Of a stretch of DNA of 64,000 nt, positions 7,244 through 16,765 are shown one piece after another. The notes beneath the pieces are model-generated. The model did no database searches. It was not told the DNA's origin and was given only the letters and a program-made list of their open reading frames with translations. Origin of the DNA: Actinomycetota bacterium (GTDB lineage: Bacteria > Actinomycetota > Thermoleophilia > Gaiellales > Gaiellaceae); NCBI GenBank assembly GCA_004366385.1, contig SIRU01000058.1, positions 1-64,000 on the forward strand, written 5' to 3'. Every line of letters begins with the position of its first letter. The first letter of the stretch is position 1. Made by a program: the position numbers and the translations under genes.

Positions 7244-8286
7244 ACGCTCGCGATGCCCGCGCCGAGCGCGGCCGGGATCAGCTCGAGCGCGCGGTCGACG
7301 TCCTCGTCCGTGACGTCGAGGTGCGTCACGGCACGGACGACCGTCGGGTGGATCGTCGAGGAGAGGCCCACGCCTGCCTCGGCGAGGCGCGCGAGCGCGT
7401 CGGCGCGGTCGAGGCCGAGGAGCGAGACGTCGAGCTGGACGAAGTTCGTCTCCACGCGCTCGAGGTCGACGGGAAGGCCCGCGGCGACCAGGCCCTCGGC
7501 AAGCCGGCGCGCGCGGGCGTTGTCGTCCGCGAGCCGCTCGACGTGGTGGTCGAGCGCGTAGACCCCGGCGGCGGCGACGATCCCGGCCTGGCGCATCGCG
7601 CCGCCGAAGAGGTGCTTCTCGCGCCACGCGCGGTCGATCAGCTCGCGTGAGCCGGCCAGGAGCGCGCCGAGCGGGCAGCCGAGGCCCTTCGAGAGGCAGA
7701 TCGTCGCGGTGTCGAAACGTCCGGCGATCTCGGCGGGCGCGACCCGCTGCGCCGCCGCCGCGTTGAGGATGCGCGCGCCGTCGAGGTGCACCGCGAGGCC
7801 GGCCTCGCGCGCGGCCGAGACGACGCCCTCCAGCTCGGCGAGCGGCCACACGCGCCCGCCCGCGTTGTTGTGCGTGTCCTCGAGCGAGAGCACGGCTGCG
7901 CGCTGGTCGGCGACCTTCGAGCTCGGCGCCGCTGCCTCGCGCACCTGATCTCCCGACAGCCGGCCTCCGTTCCCGGCCAGCACGCGCGTCATGAGCCCTG
8001 CGTGCGCGGCGGCGCCGCCGTACTCGTAGACGACGACGTGCGAGTGCTCCTCGGCGAGCAGGACGTCGCCCGGGCGCGAGTGGAGCTTGAGCGCGATCTG
8101 GTTCGCCATCGTCGCGGTAGGGACGAAAACGGCGGCCTCCTGCCCGAGTAGCTCCGCGACGCGCCGCTCGAGCTCGAGCACGGACGGGTCCTCGCGCTTC
8201 TGCTCGTCGCCGACCACGGCCTCGGCGATCGCCTTGCGCATTCCGGGCGTGGGCTGCGTGACGGTGTCGGAGCGGAGGTCGATCAC
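7240..8286 (-). CDS. ltaE: low-specificity L-threonine aldolase
   Basis: 348 aa from GTG8286. N-terminal IDLRSDTVTQPT and PLP-lysine region ICLSKGLGCPLG. Confidence 0.9.
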   Translation of the reverse strand: MIDLRSDTVTQPTPGMRKAIAEAVVGDEQKREDPSVLELERRVAELLGQEAAVFVPTATMANQIALKLHSRPGDVLLAEEHSHVVVYEYGGAAAHAGLMTRVLAGNGGRLSGDQVREAAAPSSKVADQRAAVLSLEDTHNNAGGRVWPLAELEGVVSAAREAGLAVHLDGARILNAAAAQRVAPAEIAGRFDTATICLSKGLGCPLGALLAGSRELIDRAWREKHLFGGAMRQAGIVAAAGVYALDHHVERLADDNARARRLAEGLVAAGLPVDLERVETNFVQLDVSLLGLDRADALARLAEAGVGLSSTIHPTVVRAVTHLDVTDEDVDRALELIPAALGAGIASV

Positions 8287-8293
8287 GCGCGGC

Positions 8294-8303
8294 ACGGTAC
8301 CGT
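8294..8303. promoter_or_regulatory. palindrome ACGGTACCGT giving TACCGT -10-like boxes on both strands
   Basis: Plus-strand TACCGT 8298-8303 lies 7 nt before rlmN GTG8311. Minus-strand TACCGT 8299-8294 lies 7 nt before ltaE GTG8286. The whole intergenic region is 24 bp. Confidence 0.45.
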
Positions 8304-8310
8304 CAGGCGC

Positions 8311-9302
<992 letters not shown>

Positions 9303-9306
<4 letters not shown>

Positions 9307-9530
9307 ACGTGAGGCGTCTCGGCTGCCTCGTCCGCCTGGGCCGGCATGACTGGCTGACCGAGTCGGACCCCTGGGGCGACGTGGACGTGCTGCGCGCGCT
9401 GCGGGCGCATCCTCCGATCCGGCTGGAGCGGCCGGTCGAGGTCGGGTACCTCGACGTCACGCCCGGAGCCGGCGGTGGGCGAGTGGGCGGACGCATGGGC
9501 ACGCCTCCTGCGTCGCGTCGCGAGGGTTGA
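9303..9530 (+). CDS. possible small protein (75 aa) coupled to rlmN
   Basis: GTG9303 overlaps the rlmN TGA (GTGA). About 85% G/C at third positions over the first 45 codons. No family recognised, and the C-terminus is Gly/Arg-rich. Confidence 0.35.
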
Positions 9531-9542
9531 CGAGCGCGTAGC

Positions 9543-9905
9543 GTGGAGCGCGTCACGGGCATCGGCGGCGTGTTCTTCCGCGCGCAGGACCCCGAGGCGC
9601 TGCAACAGTGGTACGTCGAGCACCTCGGCGTGCCGCTGCTCGACGGGTACGTCGTGTTCCAGGGCGCGAACGCGAACTACGTGTGGGCGCCGTTCCGCGA
9701 GGACACGGACTACTGGCCGGCGGAGAAGGGCGCGATGGTGAACTTCACCGTCTCGGACTTGGACGCGATGCGCGCGCAGCTGACCGAAGCGGGCGTCGAG
9801 GTCGACGAGCGCGTCGAGCTCCTCGAAGGGATCGGCCGCTTCGGGTGGGCCGTTGACCCAGAGGGCAACCGCTTCGAGCTCTGGGAGCCGGCCGCGCAGG
9901 AGTAG
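9543..9905 (+). CDS. VOC family (glyoxalase/bleomycin-resistance fold) protein
   Basis: 120 aa. GIGGVFFRAQDPEAL ... GRFGWAVDPEGNRFELWEP is the typical VOC beta-alpha-beta-beta-beta pattern. Confidence 0.85.
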   Translation: MERVTGIGGVFFRAQDPEALQQWYVEHLGVPLLDGYVVFQGANANYVWAPFREDTDYWPAEKGAMVNFTVSDLDAMRAQLTEAGVEVDERVELLEGIGRFGWAVDPEGNRFELWEPAAQE

Positions 9906-9921
9906 GAGGCGGCGCGCGGCG

Positions 9922-10209
9922 TCAGTACGCGTGCGTCTCGACGACCTCGATCACGCGAGCGCTCGGGCTCTCGAGGCCGAGGCGCGGCCCGGCCTCGGCC
10001 CAGATCGCGCGCAGCCGGTCACCGAACGCCCCGGCCGCAGCCGCCGAGTCGAACTCGAGGTCGACGAGCACGTGGTTCGGGTCATCGGGCGAGCGGCCGA
10101 CGCGGTATGCGCGCACACCGCCGGCCTCGCGTCCGGCGGGATCGGAGTCGAACGCCTGCTTCCACGCGTCGAAGTCGCGGACGCGGTGGTCGATGCGCAG
10201 TACGTGCAG
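9922..10209 (-). CDS. small alpha+beta (ferredoxin-like?) hypothetical protein, probable CTG start
   Basis: The open frame continues upstream of the first canonical start (GTG10116) as LHVLRIDHRVRDFDAWKQAFDSDPAGREAGG. AGGAGG (10221-10216) lies 6 nt before CTG10209 and right after the gcvPB stop. Confidence 0.6.
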   Translation of the reverse strand: MHVLRIDHRVRDFDAWKQAFDSDPAGREAGGVRAYRVGRSPDDPNHVLVDLEFDSAAAAGAFGDRLRAIWAEAGPRLGLESPSARVIEVVETHAY

Positions 10210-10222
10210 CGCAAGCCTCCTC

Positions 10223-11722
10223 TCAGCCGACGAGCGCCGGGTCGTCGTCGAACGAGTATCGCACGACCGGCTGCTTCGCGGCCCGCACCTCGTCGAGCCG
10301 GCGCACGGGCCGGCCGTGCGGCGCCTCGTGCAGCACGTCGGGTGACTCCGCCGCCTCGCGGGCGATCGCGCGCATCGCGTCGACGAACTCGTCGAGCCGC
10401 TCCTTCGGCTCCGTCTCGGTCGGCTCGATCATCAGCGCCTCGGGCACTACGAGCGGGAAGTAGATCGTCGGCGGGTGGATCCCGTAGTCCATGAGCCGCT
10501 TCGCGACGTCGAGCGCCGTGACGCCGTGCTCGCGCTTCAGCCCGCGTGCGGAGAGCACGAACTCGTGCATGCAGTGCCGGTCGTACGGGAGGTCGTACAC
10601 GTCCTTCAGGCGCGCGAGGACGTAGTTGGCGTTCAGCACCGCGGTCTCGGACATCTCGCGGAGCGCCGGGCCGTACGCGCGCATGTACGCGTACGAGCGC
10701 ACGAAGACGCCGAACGGCCCGGCGAAGCCGCGAACGCGGCCGATCGTCTTCGGGTGGTCGGAGTCGAGGCGGAACGCGTCGCCGTCGCGGACCACGCGGG
10801 GCACCGGGAGGAACGGCTCGATCGTGTCGCGCACCGCCACCGGCCCGCCGCCGGGCCCGCCGCCGCCGTGCGGCTGCGAGAAGGTCTTGTGCAGGTTGTA
10901 GTGGACGATGTCGAAGCCCATGTCGCCGGGCCGCGAGCGGCCGACGACGGCGTTCAGGTTCGCGCCGTCGTAGTAGAGGAGCGCGCCGGCGTCGTGGAAG
11001 ATCCGTGCGACCTCCTCGATCCCCTCGTCGAAGAGCCCGAGCGTCGAGGGGTTCGTGAGCATGAGGCCGGCCGTGCGCTCGTCGACCTTGCCGCGCAGGT
11101 CGTCGAGGTCGAGGTTCCCGCGCGCGTCCGTCTCGACCTTCTCCAGCTTGTACCCGGCCATCGTCACGCTGGCGGGGTTCGTGCCGTGCGCGGTGTCGGC
11201 GGTGATGATCGTGTCCCGCTCCTCCCCGCGGTCGGCGAAGTACGCGCGCATGAGCATGAGGCCGGTGAGCTCGCCCTGCGACCCCGCGGCCGGCTGCAGC
11301 GTCACCGCGGGCAGCCCGGCGATCTCGGCGAGGATCTCCTGGAGTCGCCACATGAGCTCGAGCGCGCCCTGCGCGGCCTCGTCCTCCTGGTGCGGGTGCA
11401 GGTCGCGGAAGCCGGGGAGTGAGGCGAGTCGCTCGTGGACGCGCGGGTTGTGCTTCATGGTGCAGGAGCCGAGCGGGTAGAAGCCCGTGTCGACGCCGAA
11501 GGTGCGGTCGGCGAGCGCCGTGAAGTGGCGGACGAGCTCGGGCTCCGAGAGCTCGGGGAGACGCGGCGGCCGCTTGCGGCGCAGGCCGTCGGGGAGCTCG
11601 GGCACGGGGAGATCGGGCCGCGGCGGCCGCCCCGCCCGGCGACCGGAGCGCGAGCGCTCGAAGATCAGCGGCGCCGGCGGCCAGGCGCGCCCCGGCTCGT
11701 GGAACGGCAGCTCGGCGCTCAT
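10223..11722 (-). CDS. gcvPB: glycine dehydrogenase (aminomethyl-transferring) subunit 2
   Basis: 499 aa. FYPLGSCTMKHNP and the rest are typical of the P-protein beta subunit. GGAGG lies 8 nt before ATG11722. Confidence 0.93.
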   Translation of the reverse strand: MSAELPFHEPGRAWPPAPLIFERSRSGRRAGRPPRPDLPVPELPDGLRRKRPPRLPELSEPELVRHFTALADRTFGVDTGFYPLGSCTMKHNPRVHERLASLPGFRDLHPHQEDEAAQGALELMWRLQEILAEIAGLPAVTLQPAAGSQGELTGLMLMRAYFADRGEERDTIITADTAHGTNPASVTMAGYKLEKVETDARGNLDLDDLRGKVDERTAGLMLTNPSTLGLFDEGIEEVARIFHDAGALLYYDGANLNAVVGRSRPGDMGFDIVHYNLHKTFSQPHGGGGPGGGPVAVRDTIEPFLPVPRVVRDGDAFRLDSDHPKTIGRVRGFAGPFGVFVRSYAYMRAYGPALREMSETAVLNANYVLARLKDVYDLPYDRHCMHEFVLSARGLKREHGVTALDVAKRLMDYGIHPPTIYFPLVVPEALMIEPTETEPKERLDEFVDAMRAIAREAAESPDVLHEAPHGRPVRRLDEVRAAKQPVVRYSFDDDPALVG

Positions 11723-11894
11723 GACCGCCCCTCCGTTGCACTCGCTCCCCCATCCACAGAAACCGTCGCGCTATCGGCGGAGAAATGTGACCCACGCGTG
11801 ACGACTTCGCCGCTAGGCTCGAAAGCGGGGGCAGGGCGCGAGAGCGCCCCCGGGGGGAGGAAACGGAGGGAGTGGCGACGCCCGAGCGGGCTCC

Positions 11895-13226
11895 TCACGA
11901 GCACACCTCCTCGAGCACCTCCGCGAGGCGGTCGACGTCCTCGACCGTCCGCCTCTCCGTCACGGAGACGAGCAGGACGTCGTCCATCCCCTGGTAGTCG
12001 CGGCCGAGCGCGTAGCCGGGATGCACGCCGCGCTCGCGCGCGCGGCGGACGACCTCGCGCGCCGGCATCGGCGTCCGGAACGCGACCTCCTTGAACGCGG
12101 GCGCGTCGAACGCGGGCTCGAGCGGGACCCGCTCGTGCGCGTAGGCCGCGAGCGCGAGGCAGCTCTCCCCCACCTCGCGCAGCCCGGCCGGACCGAGCCA
12201 CGACAGCGTCGCGAGCCCGGCGAGGCCGAGCAGCGTCTGGTTGGTCGTGATGTTCGAGGTCGCCTTCTCGCGGCGGATGTGCTGCTCGCGCGTCTGGAGC
12301 GTGAGTACGAACGCACGGCGGTCGTCCGCGTCGAGGGTCTCGCCGACGATGCGGCCGGGCATGCGGCGGATGAAGTCGGAGCGCGCGGCGAGGAAACCGT
12401 AGTGCGGCCCCCCGTACGACGGCCAGTTCCCCGCCGCCTGGCCCTCGCCGATCGCGATCGACGCCCCGTACGCACCCGGCGCCTCGAGGACGCCGAGCGA
12501 CATCGGGTCGACGTGCGCGATCGCGAGCGCGCCGGCCTCGGTCGCCGCCTCGGCGAGCTCCGGTGCAGGCTCGAGGCAGCCGAGGAAGCTCGGCTGCTGG
12601 AAGAGCACGGCCGCCGCGTCCTGCGCGGCCGCCGCGACGCGGTCCGGGTCGGTCGTGCCGCCGTCGTGCGGCACCTCCACGACCTCGAGCCCGAAGCCGC
12701 GCGCGTACGTCTTCACGACCTGGCGCACCTGCGGGCTCACGGTCTCCGCAAGGACGACGCGCGTGCGATCGGGCCGCGCGTGCTTCGCCATGAACGTCGC
12801 GTCCGCGGCCACGGTGCAGCCGTCGTAGCCCGACGCGTTGGACACGTCCATCCCGGTCAGCTCGCAGATCACGGTCTGGTACTCGAAGATCGCCTGGAGC
12901 ACGCCCTGGCTCATCTCCGGCTGGTACGGCGTGTACGCGGTGAGGAACTCGCCGCGCGAGAGCACGACGTCGACGACTGCCGGGACGTAGTGGTCGTAGA
13001 CGCCCGCACCGAGAAAGGAGAGCTCCGCGCCCGTGTGGACGTTGCGCGCCGCCAACTCCTCGACGTGACGCGCCAGCTCGGCCTCGCCGAGCGCAGGCGG
13101 CACGTCGAGCTCGCGGCCGAGGCGGACGCCCGGCGGCACCTGCTCGAAGAGCTCGTCGACCGACGAGACGCCGATCGCCTCGAGCATCGCCTCCCGGTCG
13201 GCGTCGGTGATCGAGAGGTAGCTCAC
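11895..13226 (-). CDS. gcvPA: glycine dehydrogenase (aminomethyl-transferring) subunit 1
   Basis: 443 aa from GTG13226, which forms a GTGA overlap with the gcvH stop. TAYTPYQPEMSQG motif. Confidence 0.93.
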   Translation of the reverse strand: MSYLSITDADREAMLEAIGVSSVDELFEQVPPGVRLGRELDVPPALGEAELARHVEELAARNVHTGAELSFLGAGVYDHYVPAVVDVVLSRGEFLTAYTPYQPEMSQGVLQAIFEYQTVICELTGMDVSNASGYDGCTVAADATFMAKHARPDRTRVVLAETVSPQVRQVVKTYARGFGLEVVEVPHDGGTTDPDRVAAAAQDAAAVLFQQPSFLGCLEPAPELAEAATEAGALAIAHVDPMSLGVLEAPGAYGASIAIGEGQAAGNWPSYGGPHYGFLAARSDFIRRMPGRIVGETLDADDRRAFVLTLQTREQHIRREKATSNITTNQTLLGLAGLATLSWLGPAGLREVGESCLALAAYAHERVPLEPAFDAPAFKEVAFRTPMPAREVVRRARERGVHPGYALGRDYQGMDDVLLVSVTERRTVEDVDRLAEVLEEVCS

Positions 13227-13618
13227 TGCTCCGCGACGTGCGCCTTGTACGCCTCGGCGTCCATGAGCGCGTCGACCTCGACCGCGTCCGACATGCGAAT
13301 CCGGATCAGCCAGCCGTCGCCGTACGGATCCTCGTTCACGATCTCGGGCTCCTCGACCGCGCGCGCGTTCACCTCGAGCACCTCGCCGGAGAGCGGCGCG
13401 ACGATGTCGGACACGGCCTTCACGGACTCGACCTCGCCGTACGACGCGTCTTTCGAGATCGAGGAGCCCACCTCGGGCGCCTCGTAGTGCACGAGCTCGC
13501 CGAGCGCGTCCTGCGCGAACCAGGTGACGCCCAGCGTGGCCTCGTCCCCGTCGATGCGGGCCCAGTCGTGCTCGGGGTGGTACTTGAGGTCGTCGGGGTA
13601 GCTCTCGGCGGCTGCCAC
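13223..13618 (-). CDS. gcvH: glycine cleavage system H protein
   Basis: 131 aa. Lipoyl-lysine motif GEVESVKAVSD. The start abuts the gcvT stop (TGAGTG). Confidence 0.95.
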   Translation of the reverse strand: MAAAESYPDDLKYHPEHDWARIDGDEATLGVTWFAQDALGELVHYEAPEVGSSISKDASYGEVESVKAVSDIVAPLSGEVLEVNARAVEEPEIVNEDPYGDGWLIRIRMSDAVEVDALMDAEAYKAHVAEQ

Positions 13619-14674
13619 TCACTGCTCCTTCCGGTAGATCGGCTTCGTCACGACCCGCGCGCGCCGCGGCCTGCCGCGGACGTCGATCACGAGCTCGGTG
13701 TCGGGGGCGGCGCTCCCGGCCGGCACGTAGCCCAGGCCGATGCCGCGGTCGAGCATCGGAGAGTGCGTCCCGGACGTCACCTCGCCGCCGCCCTCGATCT
13801 GCATGCCCTGGCGCGGAACCGCTCTCTCCTCCATCACGAAGGGGACGAGGCGGCGCGCAGGCCCCTGCTCCTTGATCCGGCGGAGCGCCTGCGCGCCGGT
13901 GAAGTCGGTGTCGAGCGCGCAGGCCCAGCCGAGGCCGGCGGAGATCGCGTCCGTCTCGGGCGTGATGTCGTTCCCGTGCAGCGGGTAGCAGACCTCGAGG
14001 CGGAGCGTGTCGCGCGCGCCGAGACCGCACGGGACCGCGCCGCGCGCGAGGACGGCGTCCCACAGCGCCTCGGCGTCCTCGGCGGCGCAGCAGAGCTCGA
14101 CGCCCTGCTCGCCCGTGTAGCCCGTGCGCGAGACCATCACCTCGATCCCGTCCAGCTCCCCCAGCTCGTGCGTGAACGCGGGCTTGTCCTCGAGGCCGAG
14201 CCGCTCGAACGCGCGCGGCCCCTGGACCGCGACGAGCCCGTACTCGTCGGACGCGTCACGCACCTCGCACCCGCGCGGCTCGCGCTCCTTCAGCCACTCG
14301 TACACGGGGGCGCGATTGGACGCGTTGCAGACGACGAGGTACGCGCCGTGGCCGAGGCGGTAGACGATGACGTCGTCCACGATCCCGCCCAGCTCGTTCG
14401 TCAGCAGCGTGTACTGCGCGTCGCCGTCGGAGAGCTTGTCGAGGTCGTTGGAGAGCATCTCCTGGAGGAACGCGTGCGCGGTCGGGCCGTCCACGTGGAT
14501 CTCGCCCATGTGCGACACGTCGAACGCGCCGCAGTCCGTTCGGACGGCTCGATGCTCCTCGATCACGCCCGCGTACTGGACGGGCATCTCCCAGCCGGCG
14601 AAGGGCACCATCCGCGCCCCGAGCGCGACGTGGCGCGCATACAGAGGCGTGCGCGAGAGCGACGTGGCCTCCAC
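13619..14674 (-). CDS. gcvT: aminomethyltransferase (glycine cleavage T protein)
   Basis: 351 aa. RTPLYARHVALGARMVPFAGWEMPVQY N-terminus. Confidence 0.95.
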   Translation of the reverse strand: MEATSLSRTPLYARHVALGARMVPFAGWEMPVQYAGVIEEHRAVRTDCGAFDVSHMGEIHVDGPTAHAFLQEMLSNDLDKLSDGDAQYTLLTNELGGIVDDVIVYRLGHGAYLVVCNASNRAPVYEWLKEREPRGCEVRDASDEYGLVAVQGPRAFERLGLEDKPAFTHELGELDGIEVMVSRTGYTGEQGVELCCAAEDAEALWDAVLARGAVPCGLGARDTLRLEVCYPLHGNDITPETDAISAGLGWACALDTDFTGAQALRRIKEQGPARRLVPFVMEERAVPRQGMQIEGGGEVTSGTHSPMLDRGIGLGYVPAGSAAPDTELVIDVRGRPRRARVVTKPIYRKEQ

Positions 14675-14698
14675 GGGACGCGACTCTAGCCATTCGCA

Positions 14699-14714
14699 GG
14701 GGCCGCGCGGCCCC
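14699..14714 (-). terminator. GC hairpin between ftsZ and gcvT
   Basis: GGGGCC-GCGC-GGCCCC in the 47-nt ftsZ-gcvT spacer. No U-tract, so it may be only an attenuator or stability element. Confidence 0.35.
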
Positions 14715-14721
14715 GGAAGGG

Positions 14722-15795
14722 TCAGTCGTCCTTGAGGAAGCTCGGGATGTCGATCTCGACGTCCGAGACGCTCGGCGCGGTGACGGGCGGGCGCTCCCGC
14801 TCCCGCTCGCGGTCCTCCGCAGGGATCTCGACGCGGCGGCGGCGCTGACGTCCGCCGAAGCCGGTGGCGATCACGGTGACGCGGACGTGGTCGCCCATCG
14901 CGTCGTCGATGACCGCGCCGAAGATGACATTCGCGTTCGGGTCGGCGGACGCGGTCACGACCTGCGCCGCCTCGTCCGCCTCCGCGAGCCCGAGGTCGGG
15001 GCCGCCGGTGATGTTGAGCAGGATCCCGGTCGCGCCGTCGAGCGAGGTCTCCAGGAGCGGCGAGGAGATCGCAGAGCGGGCCGCCTCGAGCGCGCGGTTC
15101 TCGCCCTGCGCGATGCCGATGCCCATGAGCGCCGAGCCCGCCTCGCGCATGATCGTGCGCACGTCCGCGAAGTCGAGGTTGATGAGGCCCGGGACGGTGA
15201 TGAGGTCGGTGATCCCCTGCACGCCCTGGCGGAGGATGTCGTCCACCATCCGGAACGCCTCGGTCACGGGCGTCGAGCGCTCGACGATCTGGAGCAGGCG
15301 GTCGTTCTCGATCACGATCAGCGTGTCCACGTTGTCGGCGAGGCTCTGCACGCCCTGCTCCGCCTGGAGTGCGCGCAGCCGGCCCTCGAACCCGAACGGA
15401 CGCGTGACGACGCCGACGGTGAGCGCGCCGAGCTCGCGGCCGATCTCGGCGACGACGGGGGCGCCGCCGGTGCCGGTCCCGCCGCCCTCGCCGGCGGTGA
15501 CGAAGATCATGTCCGCGCCCTTCAGCGCCTCCTTCAGCTCGTCGCGGCTCTCCTGCGCGGCGGCGAGGCCGACCTTCGGGTCGGCACCGGCGCCGAGGCC
15601 ACGCGTCGCCTGCGAGCCGATGTGGATCTTCACGTCCGCCTCGGTCATGAGCAGCGCCTGCGCGTCCGTGTTCACCGCCACGAACTCGACGCCGGAGACG
15701 CCGGCCTCGACCATGCGGCTGACGGCGTTGGAGCCGCCGCCGCCGATGCCGACGACTTTGATCACGGCGAGGTAGGAACCTGGCTGGCTACTCAT
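14722..15795 (-). CDS. ftsZ: cell division GTPase FtsZ
   Basis: 357 aa. Tubulin signature [27 protein letters not shown]. Conserved C-terminal peptide DIPSFL. Confidence 0.97.
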   Translation of the reverse strand: MSSQPGSYLAVIKVVGIGGGGSNAVSRMVEAGVSGVEFVAVNTDAQALLMTEADVKIHIGSQATRGLGAGADPKVGLAAAQESRDELKEALKGADMIFVTAGEGGGTGTGGAPVVAEIGRELGALTVGVVTRPFGFEGRLRALQAEQGVQSLADNVDTLIVIENDRLLQIVERSTPVTEAFRMVDDILRQGVQGITDLITVPGLINLDFADVRTIMREAGSALMGIGIAQGENRALEAARSAISSPLLETSLDGATGILLNITGGPDLGLAEADEAAQVVTASADPNANVIFGAVIDDAMGDHVRVTVIATGFGGRQRRRRVEIPAEDRERERERPPVTAPSVSDVEIDIPSFLKDD

Positions 15796-15860
15796 GTCTC
15801 GACCACCTTCGAGGTGAAGCTCTCGTTGAACGTGCGACTAGCAGGGACGATTCGTCTCCG

Positions 15861-15889
15861 AGAGTACGGTTCCTGCGCGCTCGTGTCAA
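15861..15889 (-). promoter_or_regulatory. sigma-70-type promoter upstream of ftsZ
   Basis: Minus-strand TTGACA (15889-15884), 17-nt spacer, TACTCT (15866-15861), in the lower-GC 116-nt ftsQ-ftsZ spacer. GAAGGTGG SD-like element near ATG15795. Confidence 0.55.
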
Positions 15890-15911
15890 TCGGCACACCT
15901 TCAACCTCAAC

Positions 15912-16733
15912 CTAAGGGTTGAGACTCGTGCCGGCGACCGGTCGCTCCGGAACGCTGACGTCGAGATAGGCGGTGCCGTCCGCGAGGAGCGGGAACACGC
16001 GCTTGGCCACGGCCAGCTTGAGCACGAGGTCGCGCGAGGCGCCGAGCCGGATCTCCGGCCCGCGGCGGAGGACGAGCGTGAGCTGGCCGTCGGCGAAGCG
16101 CACCGCCTGGACGCGGCGCGGCAGCTTGACGTCGCGGGCCGCCGCCAGCGCCCGGGTGGGGGTCGTCAGGTCACCCGGCAGACGTCGCCCGAGCTCGACC
16201 GGGACGTCGCCCTTGAGCCAGAGCCGCGGGAACCAGCGGTGCGTGCCGGGCTCGATCTCCCGGACGATCTCGCCGGAGCCGGCCGCGAGCCAGGCCGAGC
16301 TGCCGCGGCGGACGACCGCGACCGGGCGCTGCGGGGAGACCTTGACGACGAGCGTGCTCGGGAACGCACGGTCGACCGACGCGCCCGCGACCATCGGCAG
16401 CGCGCGCACCGACGCGGCCAGAGCCGGCGCGTCGATCTCGAGCAGGCTGCGGCCGAGGGCGTCGCGGGTCGCGGCGCGGACCTCGCGGTCTACGAGCGGC
16501 CCGGCGCCGATCACCTCGATGCGCTCGACTGCGAAGAGCGACGACGCGCGCGCGCCCCAGAACGCCGCGAGCACACCCGCGACGAGCGCGGCGGCGAGCA
16601 GGAGGAAGCGGCCGGAGGGGACGAGCCCGGCGAGATCCAGGCGATCGCCGGCGGCGCTCCGCGGAAACGGGACGACGACGCTTGCCGCGCGCGTCCGCCG
16701 GCGCGATCCGCGCCCGGTTCGTCCCCCGGCCAT
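15912..16733 (-). CDS. ftsQ: cell division protein FtsQ (POTRA domain)
   Basis: 273 aa. Arg-rich N-tail, one TM (FLLLAAALVAGVLAAFW), POTRA-like VERIEVIGAGPL. Sits between murB and ftsZ. Confidence 0.85.
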   Translation of the reverse strand: MAGGRTGRGSRRRTRAASVVVPFPRSAAGDRLDLAGLVPSGRFLLLAAALVAGVLAAFWGARASSLFAVERIEVIGAGPLVDREVRAATRDALGRSLLEIDAPALAASVRALPMVAGASVDRAFPSTLVVKVSPQRPVAVVRRGSSAWLAAGSGEIVREIEPGTHRWFPRLWLKGDVPVELGRRLPGDLTTPTRALAAARDVKLPRRVQAVRFADGQLTLVLRRGPEIRLGASRDLVLKLAVAKRVFPLLADGTAYLDVSVPERPVAGTSLNP

Positions 16734-16765
16734 GGAAACTGGGTTCGCCGCGCGGCGCGCAGGTC

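Noticed and set aside
4706-7849. 1047-aa minus-strand ORF. Similar giant ORFs occur at 26437-29316, 28346-30964, 34777-37797, 37430-40204, 51034-54099 (N-terminal part), 51319-54126 (upstream part) and 57784-59853 (N-terminal part).
   Set aside because: They are Arg/Ala/Pro/Gly-rich low-complexity translations lying antisense or out of frame to genes with clear family motifs. This is the expected stop-codon-poor shadow-frame artefact of a ~70% GC genome.
11723-11894. A glycine riboswitch or other known riboswitch in the gcvPA-gcvPB spacer.
   Set aside because: The transcribed strand lacks the conserved glycine-aptamer motifs. The GGAGG near the 3' end is simply the gcvPB SD. The region is kept only as an unexplained structured spacer.
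14675-14721. An expected glycine riboswitch upstream of gcvT.
   Set aside because: Only 47 nt separate the ftsZ stop from the gcvT start. The sequence has no GGAGAG or ACCGAAGGGGCAA-type cores; it contains only a GC hairpin.
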